From: Verrucomicrobiales bacterium
GTDB lineage: Bacteria > Verrucomicrobiota > Verrucomicrobiia > Verrucomicrobiales > DEV007
Length of the DNA: 64,000 nt
NCBI GenBank assembly: GCA_041395145.1
Contig: JAWLBD010000002.1
Span: forward strand, 39,890-103,889
Direction of reading: 5' to 3'
The position numbers and the translations under genes were made by a program. This document shows positions 1 to 9,283 of this stretch, in pieces. Each line of letters begins with the position of its first letter. Position 1 is the stretch's first letter. The notes beneath the pieces are model-generated. The model worked only from the letters and a program-made list of their open reading frames with translations. It did not search any database and had not been told where the DNA came from.

Positions 1-669
1 GCCTCCGGCGAACTCAACCCCGCCATCGGCGGCATCCCGGTGCGCCCCGACATGAATCTGGAAGCCGCCTTCCAGCCCCGGCAGGTGATGGGGACCTACG
101 CGCCCGCCTACCAGCCGAACCCGCAGCCCGCGCAGCGCAACCGCCGCTCGCTCTACGCGCTCAAACTGCGCGGCCAGCGCGATCCGTTCATGGAAGTTTT
201 CAACCAACCCGGTCCCGACGGCTCGTGCGAGAGGCGCGAGTCATCGACGATCACGCCGCAGGCATTCGCCCTCTTTAACAGCGCCGAAACGCTCGAGCGC
301 GCCGCCGCCCTCGCCCTCCGCGCGGCGGATGGATCGCCGGACCGCGCCTCGGCGATCCGGCGCGCGTTTGCCCTCGCTTTCGCCCGCCCGCCGACCGAGG
401 CGGAAATCGCCGATTGCCTCGCCCACTGGGAGGCGATGGGCGCACGCCACCGTTCGATCCGCGTCGATCCGCCCGCATTCCCCGCCGAGATCGAGCGCCG
501 CGCGGTGGACGAACTTAGCGGCGAGCCATTCACCTTCCGCGAACCCCTCGACATCATGGCCGACTACGTCCCGGACAAAGGCATCGCCGACCTGCCGCCG
601 GATCTGCGCGGCTTGGCGGAGGTCTGCCTCGTCCTGCTCAATGCCAACGAATTTGCCTACGTCTATTGA
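1..669 (+). CDS. DUF1553 (PSD1-type) domain protein, C-terminal part; the 5' end lies outside the window
   Basis: Frame 1 is open from base 1 (ASGELNPAIGGIPVRPDMNLEAA...). The run RNRRSLYALKLRGQRDPFMEVFNQPGPDGSCERRESSTITPQAFALFNS matches the conserved C-terminal block of Planctomycetes/Verrucomicrobia DUF1553 proteins. Stop at 667-669. Confidence 0.8.
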   Translation, partial: ASGELNPAIGGIPVRPDMNLEAAFQPRQVMGTYAPAYQPNPQPAQRNRRSLYALKLRGQRDPFMEVFNQPGPDGSCERRESSTITPQAFALFNSAETLERAAALALRAADGSPDRASAIRRAFALAFARPPTEAEIADCLAHWEAMGARHRSIRVDPPAFPAEIERRAVDELSGEPFTFREPLDIMADYVPDKGIADLPPDLRGLAEVCLVLLNANEFAYVY

Positions 670-687
670 AGCGGCTTGATCGCCCGG

Positions 688-1614
688 TCACCCGTCCCGC
701 AGCGAGCGCACCAGCGTCTTCACCCGATGCGCCCCGTGGATTTGCTGGAAGGCGACCTCCACGCCGTCGCTCCCCGCCGTGCAGAACTCGACGGTGCCGA
801 CGCCGATGAATCCAAGCAGCCCGATCTTGTTCACGTTGATCGCCCGGATGTCGTCGATCCGCACCTCCCGCGAGCTGCGCGAGAGGATGCCGACGACGAC
901 CTCGACCCGCGCGGACGTCACGAGGTAAACGCGGTAGGAACGGAGGAACAAGATCGCGGTGAAAATCAGGGCCGAGGCGAAGATCCCCGCCGCCAGAAAG
1001 AGCGGTTGCTGCAGGCTGAAAAACGCGCCGATGGCCGAGGCGGCGACCGCGACGATTAGGGACTTCGGGTAGGCGAAGACGGAGGGATGCCCCTGGTAGA
1101 GGATGTCATTCGGATCTTCATCCTCGCCCTCGTCTTCATCCTCGTCATCGTCGATTTCGTCTTCCCCGGCAGGCTCGTCGTCGATGGATTCTTTAGCTTC
1201 GTCATCGTCATCATTTTCGTCCTCGCCTTCCTCATCCGCTTCATCTTCTTCGGTCTCGTCCGGTGCCTGATCATCGTCTTCGCCATCGACATCATCGTCT
1301 TCACCATCGTCGTCTTCTAAATCGGACGGCGGATCCGGTTCCGGCATACGCGCGGCGGGATCGCTTTGGGGCTCCGGATCTTCCCCGCGATCGGCGGCGC
1401 CTTCACCGGAATCTGAATCCGCTGTTTCAGCGGCGGCGGTCGCTTCAGGCTCGGCATCGAAGATTTCGCCGATGCGCCGGACCTTGGGATCGCCGTCGGC
1501 GCGCACGAGATCGAGCCGCGTGATCTTGCCGTCGGCCAGCATCCGGCGGAGGTCGCCCGCCGAGTAGGGACCGACTGTGCGCCCTCCTTTGAAGAGATGG
1601 AACCGCTTCCTCAT
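688..1614 (-). CDS. GYF_2-like domain / poly-acidic linker / bPH_2 (YdbS/YdbT-like bacterial PH) membrane protein
   Basis: 308-aa ORF. The N-terminus FHLFKGGRTVGPYSAGDLRRMLADGKITRLDLVRADGDPKVRRIGEIF is GYF_2-like. A D/E-rich tract of about 110 aa follows. The C-terminus has two hydrophobic helices followed by YRVYLVTSARVEVVVGILSRSSREVRIDDIRAINVNKIGLLGFIGVGTVEF, typical of bPH_2. Confidence 0.7.
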   Translation of the reverse strand: MRKRFHLFKGGRTVGPYSAGDLRRMLADGKITRLDLVRADGDPKVRRIGEIFDAEPEATAAAETADSDSGEGAADRGEDPEPQSDPAARMPEPDPPSDLEDDDGEDDDVDGEDDDQAPDETEEDEADEEGEDENDDDDEAKESIDDEPAGEDEIDDDEDEDEGEDEDPNDILYQGHPSVFAYPKSLIVAVAASAIGAFFSLQQPLFLAAGIFASALIFTAILFLRSYRVYLVTSARVEVVVGILSRSSREVRIDDIRAINVNKIGLLGFIGVGTVEFCTAGSDGVEVAFQQIHGAHRVKTLVRSLRDG

Positions 1615-1636
1615 GATCGTGGCGGAGGATCGGCGG

Positions 1637-2170
1637 CTACGGCTCGCCCGCTGCGGCGTCCGGAGCCGGCGGGAGCAAATCGGTCCGCTTGAGAAAGCGC
1701 TTCAGGTTGAGGTCCGCGATCTCCAGCGGGTTGGCGATGGCGAGCTTGTGCAGGAACGGCGTGATCCGGTCCACCTCGGCAACCGAGGTGTGGACGAGGT
1801 TGGCAAGGATCGGCGGGGCATCGGATTCGCTGGCGAAGAGATTCGTCGCGCGGAAGTAGGCGCGGCCGCTGTCGTAGTCGAGCTCGAAGTTCCCGATGTT
1901 GAGTTCGAGGTTGGTCCGCATCAGCGCCTCGGCGATGAGCGGGAATTTCGGCTTGGCGACCGCCACCGAGCAGCCCGCCACCACGGAGACGGCCTTCAGC
2001 TCGCCGAAGACCTGGACGTGGACCGGCACGCTGGTGTGGTGCGCTTCGAAGTTGAGTTCGAGCACCTCGCGGCCGGGCACGCGGTCGTAGTTCCAGCCGA
2101 CTTGGTCGAAGGCGGCGGTGGCGGCGAGAAATAGAGCGCTGTCGTCTTGGGGGGCGAGTTCTGAAACCAT
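1637..2170 (-). CDS. YbjN-like domain protein (putative chaperone/sensory-transduction-regulator fold)
   Basis: 177-aa ORF with high GC3. Its layout (WNYDRVPGREVLELNFEAHHTSVPVHVQVF ... LMRTNLELNIGNFELDYDSGRAYFRATNLF) resembles the YbjN family. The assignment comes from pattern memory only. Confidence 0.55.
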   Translation of the reverse strand: MVSELAPQDDSALFLAATAAFDQVGWNYDRVPGREVLELNFEAHHTSVPVHVQVFGELKAVSVVAGCSVAVAKPKFPLIAEALMRTNLELNIGNFELDYDSGRAYFRATNLFASESDAPPILANLVHTSVAEVDRITPFLHKLAIANPLEIADLNLKRFLKRTDLLPPAPDAAAGEP

Positions 2171-2253
2171 GATGGGCGAGCAAAGGAAGCCCGGAAGCGT
2201 CCGATGACAAGCGCTGTCCCCCTTGGTGTCGCGGTGTCGCGTGGACGGGCGCG

Positions 2254-3786
2254 TTACAGATCCTTGTCTTCAGCGGCGGCGAAGACGGTGCGGTTGCGCC
2301 CGGAAGTCTTCATCCGACCATCGGTGTAGAGCATCATCTTCGTCTCAGCGGTGGTCGCGATGTGCTTCTTGCCCGCCTGGGTGATCTCCGGCCAGCCGGT
2401 CAGGGTCAGCAGCCCAGAATCCGGGCGATAGGTCGCTTCCTTTGAGGTGCCGCGATAGCCCGGCGTCGCGCCGTCGGCATTCATCTGGATGCGCACATCG
2501 CCGAACGCCTCCGCGTATTCCATCCCCTGCTGGTCGTCGCGCATGTGCACGACCAGTTTCTCGGTGGTCATCCGGAACCGGTCGGTCGAAACCTCCACGT
2601 CGCCGGTGAAGACCACCGTCTTGGTGTTCAGGTCGAAATCCGTCTGCGAGTTCGCCGTGATATTCATCTCCTCTTTCGGCAGATCGTCCGAAAGCGGGTC
2701 GGGCATCGGCTTGCTGGCGGACGCCGTCTGCGGGGCGCTCTCCGGCGGCGCCTCCGGCTTTGGCGTGTCCGCCTTTTTGGGCGGCGCGGCTTCGGCTGGT
2801 GTATCGCGAGGTTCCTCGCGCATCGCGACAACCTCTGGCTCAGGCTTTGACGGGACAGCATCCGGTGCGGCTTTCGGCAGATCCTCGGCGAGCGGCACGA
2901 TTTCTTCATCCAAATCGATCCGCTCGGCGGCGTCCGCTTCTTTTTCGCGGAGTTTCGCGCTCGCCTCCGCCTTCGCCAGCAGGGCGCTGAGCGGCGGGAC
3001 CGAACCGGCCTTGGACATTTCCGGCGCTCTCGCGGCCGCGACCTTCGCGGCATCACTCTTTTGCGTGGCGGCAGTCGATTTTGGCTCCGGCGTAACAGCC
3101 TTGGTCGCGACCGTCGCTTTCGCGCTCGCCGGAGCCGCCTCTGGCTTCACCTGATGGGCGGCTACCTCACGCTCGACTTTCGCCGGCTTCGGCTCAGGCA
3201 GCTTTGGCAAAACGCGATCCGCCAGTCCTTTGAAAAACGAACTTACCTTCTCTCCAGTGCTATCGCCCTCTGGAGCCTCCGGCTGCGGCACGGCGACGAC
3301 CTGGGAGTTGCCAGGGCGAGCCGGCGAGGGCGCGGCTGACGGCGGATTCAAGGCGGGAGCCGACCGCGCGCTTGGCTGCTGCCCGCTTGAACTGCGTTGC
3401 GGCGCCGGGGGCGGAGCCGGGCGCGATGCCGCCGGCACCCGCGCGGAGGCGGGCGCGGGCCGCGCGATGAACCCCGGCGGCGGCGAATCGAGCCGAAGCG
3501 GTGCCTGTTGGCGAGGCGGAACGGCTCTCGGCGCAGCCCCGCCTTGCGGGCGAATCTGCGGCGGCTGCGCTGGGGCGGGTCGTGCCCCTGCAACCGGCTG
3601 CGGCGTCCGCGGCGTCTGCGCAGGTGCCAAGGGGCTTGTATTCTGTCCCGATCGGATCTTCAAAAACAACTCGCGCTTGCGGATCTCCTCTTCGCTTAGA
3701 TCCGACGCACCCAACCAATTGGTCGCGCAGGCGAAAACTAATACAAATCCAAGGATCGGCGGAATCGGGCAGGTTGCGGAGGTCAT
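2254..3786 (-). CDS. Secreted protein with a long Pro/Ala-rich region and a C-terminal LptA/OstA-like domain
   Basis: The ORF is 2254..3828; the likely start is the internal Met at 3786 (MTSATCPIPPILGFVLVFACATNWLGA, a signal/anchor). About 350 aa of P/A/K/E-rich low complexity follow. The C-terminus NITANSQTDFDLNTKTVVFTGDVEVSTDRFRMTTEKLVVHMRDD...AFGDVRIQ resembles the OstA/LptA beta-jellyroll. Confidence 0.6.
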   Translation of the reverse strand: MTSATCPIPPILGFVLVFACATNWLGASDLSEEEIRKRELFLKIRSGQNTSPLAPAQTPRTPQPVAGARPAPAQPPQIRPQGGAAPRAVPPRQQAPLRLDSPPPGFIARPAPASARVPAASRPAPPPAPQRSSSGQQPSARSAPALNPPSAAPSPARPGNSQVVAVPQPEAPEGDSTGEKVSSFFKGLADRVLPKLPEPKPAKVEREVAAHQVKPEAAPASAKATVATKAVTPEPKSTAATQKSDAAKVAAARAPEMSKAGSVPPLSALLAKAEASAKLREKEADAAERIDLDEEIVPLAEDLPKAAPDAVPSKPEPEVVAMREEPRDTPAEAAPPKKADTPKPEAPPESAPQTASASKPMPDPLSDDLPKEEMNITANSQTDFDLNTKTVVFTGDVEVSTDRFRMTTEKLVVHMRDDQQGMEYAEAFGDVRIQMNADGATPGYRGTSKEATYRPDSGLLTLTGWPEITQAGKKHIATTAETKMMLYTDGRMKTSGRNRTVFAAAEDKDL

Positions 3787-4081
3787 TTTTTGAAAAAGTC
3801 CTTCCAAAATCCCATCTCCCACCCTCAAAGTCTACTAAAATTTTAAGAAAACTTAACTAACTGGGCGAAACCCTGAAAATCTCAGTCCGCCGGTTATTTT
3901 CACGCGGCAGGAGATCGGACGATTCGGGGGCAAACCCGCTCCCGCCGACGGTGTAGAAGCCTTGGTTAGCGATTATCCTCCCTGCCGCAATTTGGACAGT
4001 TTCAGCTCTCAAGCTAGCGATCAATTGTCCGATTTTCCTGCCAAATTTTGTTGACCTCTTCCTACATCCGTAGTCAAATAG

Positions 4082-4095
4082 ATTACATTTGTAAT
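4082..4095. promoter_or_regulatory. Candidate BlaI/MecI-type operator dyad ATTACAttTGTAAT upstream of the blaI-like gene
   Basis: Perfect inverted repeat ATTACA-TT-TGTAAT lies 17 bp upstream of the ATG at 4112. It matches the TTACAnnTGTAA core of characterised BlaI/MecI operators. A TTGACC -35-like hexamer sits at 4051-4056. Confidence 0.5.
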
Positions 4096-4111
4096 CCCCC
4101 GTCCTACCACC

Positions 4112-4501
4112 ATGCCGAAACGCCCGAAAGATCCGACGCCGAAGATTTCCGCCTCTGAGTGGGAGGTGATGTCCGCGCTGTGGCGGTCGCCGCATCCGCT
4201 GCGGGCGAGCGAGGTGCTGGCGGCGCTGCCGCCGGAGACGGGCTGGGCGCAGAAGACGGTGAATACATTTTTGGCGCGGCTGGTGGAGAAGGGCGCGGCG
4301 GCGGTGGAGAAGCGCGGCGGGGTGAATGCCTACGCGGCGGCGGCGGCGCAGGAGGATTGCGTGCGGGAGGAGGCGCAGTCGTTTCTCAGCAGGGTGTTTC
4401 GCGGGGCGGCGGGACCGGCGGTGATGCACTTCATCGAAAACGGGGAGCTGTCCGATGCCGAGATCGAGGAGCTGAAGAGGCTGCTCGACGAGAAAAAATA
4501 A
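4112..4501 (+). CDS. BlaI/MecI/CopY-family winged-helix transcriptional repressor
   Basis: 129 aa. ISASEWEVMSALWRSPHPLRASEVLAALPPETGWAQKTVNTFLARLVEKGA is the canonical Penicillinase_R wHTH. It is immediately followed by an M56 peptidase gene. Confidence 0.9.
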   Translation: MPKRPKDPTPKISASEWEVMSALWRSPHPLRASEVLAALPPETGWAQKTVNTFLARLVEKGAAAVEKRGGVNAYAAAAAQEDCVREEAQSFLSRVFRGAAGPAVMHFIENGELSDAEIEELKRLLDEKK

Positions 4502-4523
4502 CCGAACCCGAACCGACGAACCG

Positions 4524-6043
4524 ATGACCTTTGCCCTCTCCGCCGCCGCCGCGCTCCTCGTCGTGCTTGCCATGCGCTCGATTTTGCAAGGGCGGGTCGC
4601 GCCGGATTGGATCAGCGCGCTTTGGCTGGTGGCGCTCGCCCGCATGCTGGTGCCCGCCGCGCCGGAATCGCCGCTCAGCGCGATGCACCTCGCGCAGGGA
4701 GCCGCCGGTTGGGTGGCGGGGCAAGGCGCTGCCGGACCGGCAGCCGACGCTGGTCGCCCCACGCCTGCGGCGATCCCGGTGGCGCAGCCCAAAGACGAAT
4801 CGAACCTGCTGCCACGCACTGCCGGCGCGCTGGCCGAATGGCGATGGCTGCGTCTCCAGAATCGGCGCCGCCTTCGCCCGATCCGCTGCCAAAGGCGCGC
4901 CCGGCACCAGCATTCCCGCCGCCCGCCGGGCGCCGCTGGGAAAGGCGATTCCGTAGCCGGGGGTGGCAAGCGTTGCCCCGGTCGGCGGTCGCCGCTGCGG
5001 ACGACAAAGCCGCCGGTGCGCCCGGCTGGTCGGTGCGGCGTTGGCTGGCTGCGGGCTGGCTGACCGGCGCAGCGCTCGCGTTCGGCGTCGCCATTGACCG
5101 CGCGGTCAAAACGGCGCGGCTGCTGCGGAGCGCGTGGGAGATCCACGAGGGCGGCGCGCGGGCGTTGCTCGACGCCTGCCGCCGGGAAGCCGGGGTCCGC
5201 CGCCGGGTCGGGTTGTTCGCGTGCGAGGCGCTGGCTTCTCCGGCGGTGACCGGCGCGATCCGCCCGCGCATCTATCTGCCGCCCGGCGCGGTCGGGAATC
5301 TCGATCCCTCCGAGCTGCGCCACATCTTTCTGCACGAACTCGGGCATGTGCGCCGCGGGGATGCGGCGGTCGCCTGGCTGCCGGAACACGCGGCGGCCCT
5401 GCATTGGTTCAACCCGCTCGCCTGGCTCGCGCGGCGGCTTCAGCGCGACGACCGCGAGCTGGCCTGCGACGAATTTGCCCTGCGGCGGCTCGGTGCGGAG
5501 GGCGGGCGCGACTACGGCCGCACGCTGCTCAAGGTCGCCGCGATGCTCCGGGCGAGCGGCTCGCCCGCCCCGGCGGTTCCCGCGCTGGCGATGGCGCGCT
5601 GCGCCTCGGACGTGCCGGCGCGCATCCGGCGGATCGCCGGGCGGCGGCAGCCGGGACGAGGGAGCCACGCGGCAGCGGCGCTCGCCGTGGCGGGCGCGGC
5701 ATTGCTCGGCGCGACGGCGGCTCCGACCGGCGGTGGGTCAAAGCCAGACGCGCCGTTCCCGCTCGACGGCCCGCTGCCGCCGAACCATGCGCGCCTGCAA
5801 ATCGCGGTCATCGCCGCCGCCCCGGCAGATCCGTCCCTCGCCGAGATCCTCGCCGCCTTGCCCGACGACGAAAAGCCCGCCGCCGTCCCCGCCCCAAAAT
5901 TCGCCGAATCCACCGTCCCGTTCGCCTTCGATGCGCTGCCCGACGGCAAGACCGAGGTGATCGCCATCGATCCGCCGGCGGGGATCGACGCTGGGATGAA
6001 ATACCTCGTCTTGATCAAAGCGGCGGTCGTGGCGGCGAAGTAG
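4524..6043 (+). CDS. BlaR1/MecR1-like M56 peptidase signal transducer with no PBP sensor domain and an apparent frameshift near 4840
   Basis: The N-terminal TM segment (MTFALSAAAALLVVLAMRS...ALWLVALARMLVPAAPESPLS) is in frame 3 (ORF 4524..5063). The rest is in frame 2 (ORF 4607..6043), including the zinc motif FLHELGHVRRGD and NPLAWLARRLQRDDRELACDEFAL. The switch lies around 4830-4860. Confidence 0.75.
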
Positions 6044-6082
6044 CGCCGATCCCTTGGCGCTCAGACGCGCCGCCGGCACATC

Positions 6083-7996
6083 CTACTCGCCCGCCACGCC
6101 GATTTCTGCCGCCGATGCCCAAGGGCCGCCAGTGACTTCCGACAGCGCGCGGAAGAGGACGTAGCGACCTTTCGTCGGTGGGAAGGCGATCTCTTGCGGT
6201 TCGTGCGTTTTCTTGAGGGTGGCTTTGGCGGCGGGATCGCCGAACCCATCGGGCTCCGCGGCGACGGCGACCTCGCATTCGGCGACCGTGCCGTTCCAGC
6301 CGTTGTCTTGGCGGGCGAGGTAGCGCACCGCGCGGATGGTGTGTTCTTTGCCCAGATCGATGACGATCTCGTGCGGATGTTCCTTGAGGTTGGGCTGGAA
6401 TTGCGTGTGCCAGATCGTTTCCGGATCGCCGTCGATGGCGTTGGCGGCGAGCTTTCCGTTCCCGCCGTTTTCGGAGCTGGCGCGGGCGATCTTCCAGCCG
6501 TCGTTGGCGATCGCGCCTTCCTTCGGCAGCGTGTGGACCTTCGCCGGCTTTCCGCCGCCGTTCTTCGGTTTGGCGTTGGGCGCGCGCCCGCCGAATTTGG
6601 CGCGGCGGTCCCTTTCGTGTTCGACCGTGCTGGAGAATGTGCCTTCCACCGCCGGGGTGTGCGCGGCTTCGGCGAAGTCGGCGATCTTGGCGGCGATGAC
6701 CGGTTTTGCTTTCGCGACGTCGCGGCTCTCGCTGATGTCATTGGCCAAATCGTAGAGCTGCCACGCGCCGTCGCGCTTTCCGCGATAGCCTTTCCAATCG
6801 CCCCAGCGCACCGCCGTCTGCCCGCCGATCTCCCAGTAGAGGTATTCGTGTTTCTCCTGGGCGCGCCCGGCGGCGTCCGCCCCGAAGAGTTCCGGCGCGA
6901 TCGAGATGCCGTCGAGGTCATCCGGCGTCTTCGCCCCAGCGATTTCCGCGAAGGTCGGGAACAGATCCGGGAAATACCACAGGTGGTCGCTCACCCGGTC
7001 CGGCGCGATCTTGCCCGGCCAGCGGGCGATCGCCGGGATGCGCAAGCCGCCCTCGTAGAGCGTGCCCTTCGTCCCGCGGAACTCCGCGCCGGTCTTCGGG
7101 TCTTTGTTCGCGCCGTGGAATCCGCGCGGGTATTCCTTGCTCTTGAAGTAGTCGTTCCCGCCGTTGTCGCCGGTAAACAAAACGAGCGTGTTGCCCTCGA
7201 TGCCGAGTTCTTTGACCAGCGCGAGGATCTCGCCGACCTGCCGGTCCACCATCGAAACCATCGCCGCGTAGCGCTTGGCGTCCTCCGGCCAGTCCTTGTC
7301 CTTGTAGAGCGCCCACGCCGGATCGGAATCCGGGATGTCGAAGATCCCGTGCGGCGGCGTGACCGGCAGATAGGCAAAGAACGGCGTGCCCGCCTCGGCG
7401 TTCGCTTTGATAAAGTCGATGCCGCGCTGGTAGATCACGTAGTGCGAGTAGGTCTCGCCGTCGCTCATCCCCTTGTTGCCCTCCAGCGGCAGCTCCTTGC
7501 TGTTCTCGATGATATACGGCGGGTAGTAGCTGTGGGCGTGGACCTGGTCGTAGTAGCCGACAAAGACATCGAATCCGTGCTTCTCCGGCACGCCGGTCGA
7601 GCCGCGCCCGCCGCAGCCCCACTTGCCAAACCCGCCCGTCGCGTAGCCGGCGTCCTTCAGCGCCCGGCCGACCGTGACCTCGTCCGCGCGCAGCGGCGTG
7701 CCGCCGCCATTCACCCGCACCGAGGTATGCCCGCTGTGCTTCCCGGTCAGGAAACAACACCGCGTCGGCGCGCAGACCGCCGACCCCGCCAACCCCTGCG
7801 TGAAGCGCACGCCCTCCGCCGCCATCCGGTCGATCTCCGGCGTCAGGATGTTCGGGTTCCCGGTGCAGCCCAGCTCGTAGTAGCCCAGCTCGTCCGCCAT
7901 GATATAGATGATGTTCGGCTTCTTCTCCGCCGCCGGGGCGGCGGCGGACCAGGCGAGTGCGAAGATCGCGGCAACGGTAAAGATCAGGGATTTCAT
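6083..7996 (-). CDS. Arylsulfatase-A-family sulfatase fused to a C-terminal F5/8 type C (discoidin/CBM32-like) domain
   Basis: 637 aa with a signal peptide. NIIYIMADELGYYELG and the formylglycine motif CAPTRCCFLTGKHSGH are present. The C-terminal block LAANAIDGDPETIWHTQFQPNLKEHPHEIVIDLGKEHTIRAVRYLARQD is typical of F5/8 type C. Confidence 0.9.
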   Translation of the reverse strand: MKSLIFTVAAIFALAWSAAAPAAEKKPNIIYIMADELGYYELGCTGNPNILTPEIDRMAAEGVRFTQGLAGSAVCAPTRCCFLTGKHSGHTSVRVNGGGTPLRADEVTVGRALKDAGYATGGFGKWGCGGRGSTGVPEKHGFDVFVGYYDQVHAHSYYPPYIIENSKELPLEGNKGMSDGETYSHYVIYQRGIDFIKANAEAGTPFFAYLPVTPPHGIFDIPDSDPAWALYKDKDWPEDAKRYAAMVSMVDRQVGEILALVKELGIEGNTLVLFTGDNGGNDYFKSKEYPRGFHGANKDPKTGAEFRGTKGTLYEGGLRIPAIARWPGKIAPDRVSDHLWYFPDLFPTFAEIAGAKTPDDLDGISIAPELFGADAAGRAQEKHEYLYWEIGGQTAVRWGDWKGYRGKRDGAWQLYDLANDISESRDVAKAKPVIAAKIADFAEAAHTPAVEGTFSSTVEHERDRRAKFGGRAPNAKPKNGGGKPAKVHTLPKEGAIANDGWKIARASSENGGNGKLAANAIDGDPETIWHTQFQPNLKEHPHEIVIDLGKEHTIRAVRYLARQDNGWNGTVAECEVAVAAEPDGFGDPAAKATLKKTHEPQEIAFPPTKGRYVLFRALSEVTGGPWASAAEIGVAGE

Positions 7997-8428
7997 GGGC
8001 GCAGTGTAGCGGCCGGGCGGCGGCGGGAAAGCGCGGGATTTTCTTTTGCGGTGAAACGCGATCCCAACGCTGGTTGCGCCGATGTGGTCCTCTTGGATTT
8101 TGGTTGGCGGCCCCCCAATCTTCTAACTTGGCTCCGGGATGTTGAACCTGATCGATGCGGCGTCCGACCGGTTGTCCCGGCGGGCAAGATGGCCGACCAG
8201 CGCCGGGATCTGCGTCCTATCGTCCGCCCAGTTGTCGGCGTGGCTGTATCGTCCCGAGGTAGATCCCCCGCCGTTTCCAGGCGTGTTCGTCGCCGCGCTG
8301 GCGGCTTTCGGCATCCTGAGCCGATGCCCCTGCTCCGGCGGCTGGCTCTCGCCCCGCCGTAAGTCAATGCCGGCATCGGAAACCTGCGATAGCGTTCTCC
8401 GCCGACCCCTCCTCGCCCCGGTCTCACC

Positions 8429-8825
8429 ATGAAGCGGAAACTCGCCATCGCCGCCTTCGCGGCCATCAGCCTATTCATTCTCCACCTACTACGCCCCGAT
8501 CATCATCACCGCCTCGAAAGGGCAGCCGCTCTACGGGAATTTCGATGTGCAGACGAGCTGCGGCGGACATGAGACATTTCTCTACCTCGATGAAGACAAG
8601 GCGTTGCTCCACTGCCCCGACCACCGGGAGATGGACGAGATCGGGTCGGTCGAACGCACCGAAACGTCGGCGACGATTTATTTTTTGAGCGGCGCACCAT
8701 GGTGCCGGATCGAATTTGCTGGCTCAGACCACATTCTCGTATCCGCGAGCGACTCCTCGACGATTGAAATCCCGCAGGTCCACGGTCCGTGGCGAACCTG
8801 GCTCCCGCGCCTTCTCCCCGACTAG
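8429..8825 (+). CDS. Small secreted hypothetical protein, with an apparent frameshift near 8475-8490
   Basis: ATG at 8429 gives the signal-like MKRKLAIAAFAAISLFIL, then stops early. Frame 0 continues as YYAPIIITASKGQPLYGNFDVQTSCGGHETFLYLDEDK... to the stop at 8825. The listed ORF 8547..8825 is the GTG-started tail. Confidence 0.4.
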
Positions 8826-8867
8826 GAAGCCGCCGCCGGCGATGGGCGGATGCCCGATCCCGCTCGG

Positions 8868-9170
8868 CTAGCGGAGTTCCTCCCACTTGTTGGCGAGGAA
8901 GATAACGGCGGTGATGATCGCCAGGGCGGCGAGCCCGATAGACCCGAGCCCGATGATCCCGGTGAAATTGTCGGCGATGATCGCGGCTCCGAAGACTAGC
9001 CCGAACGTCGGCAGTCTCCGGTTTCCGTTGGCGAAGCTGATGGCGATTGAAATCGCCCACGCAACCAAACGATCAGGAAGAACATGCCGCGCTTTTAGCG
9101 GATTCGCTCCGGCGGAGGCAAGGCAAAAATCTCTCGGCAGCGGCGGTCGGGTGCCGGGTGTCGCCGCCAA
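8868..9170 (-). CDS. Small two-TM membrane protein (hypothetical); start uncertain
   Basis: Only the C-terminal 65 aa or so look real (VAWAISIAISFANGNRRLPTFGLVFGAAIIADNFTGIIGLGSIGLAALAIITAVIFLANKWEEL). No family recognised. Confidence 0.3.
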   Translation of the reverse strand: MAATPGTRPPLPRDFCLASAGANPLKARHVLPDRLVAWAISIAISFANGNRRLPTFGLVFGAAIIADNFTGIIGLGSIGLAALAIITAVIFLANKWEELR

Positions 9171-9283
9171 GCCGTTTCGGGTTTTCAGAAATCCGGCGGC
9201 AAGGCGGAGCGGTCGCGCGAGGGGAGCCGAGGCGAAACCCGCCTTGCCTTGTCGCCCCGCCGGGAAAATAGTCCCGGCATTCT

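Noticed and set aside
4830-4860. Programmed ribosomal frameshift in the BlaR1-like gene, and likewise at other single breaks.
   Set aside because: I see no slippery heptamer or downstream structure, and the window has many comparable breaks, including in gatB. Error or mutation is the simpler explanation.
3857-5668. 603-aa ORF on the minus strand opposite the blaI/blaR1 genes. Similar long antisense or out-of-frame ORFs are 6194..8362 (+), 29623..31920 (+), 58002..59720 (-), 40003..40611 (-), 9677..10795 (-) and the upstream two thirds of 35913..37778 (-).
   Set aside because: Their Arg/Pro/Gly/Ala-rich, low-complexity translations are typical of shadow ORFs in high-GC DNA. Each lies opposite, or out of frame with, a gene that has clear family motifs.
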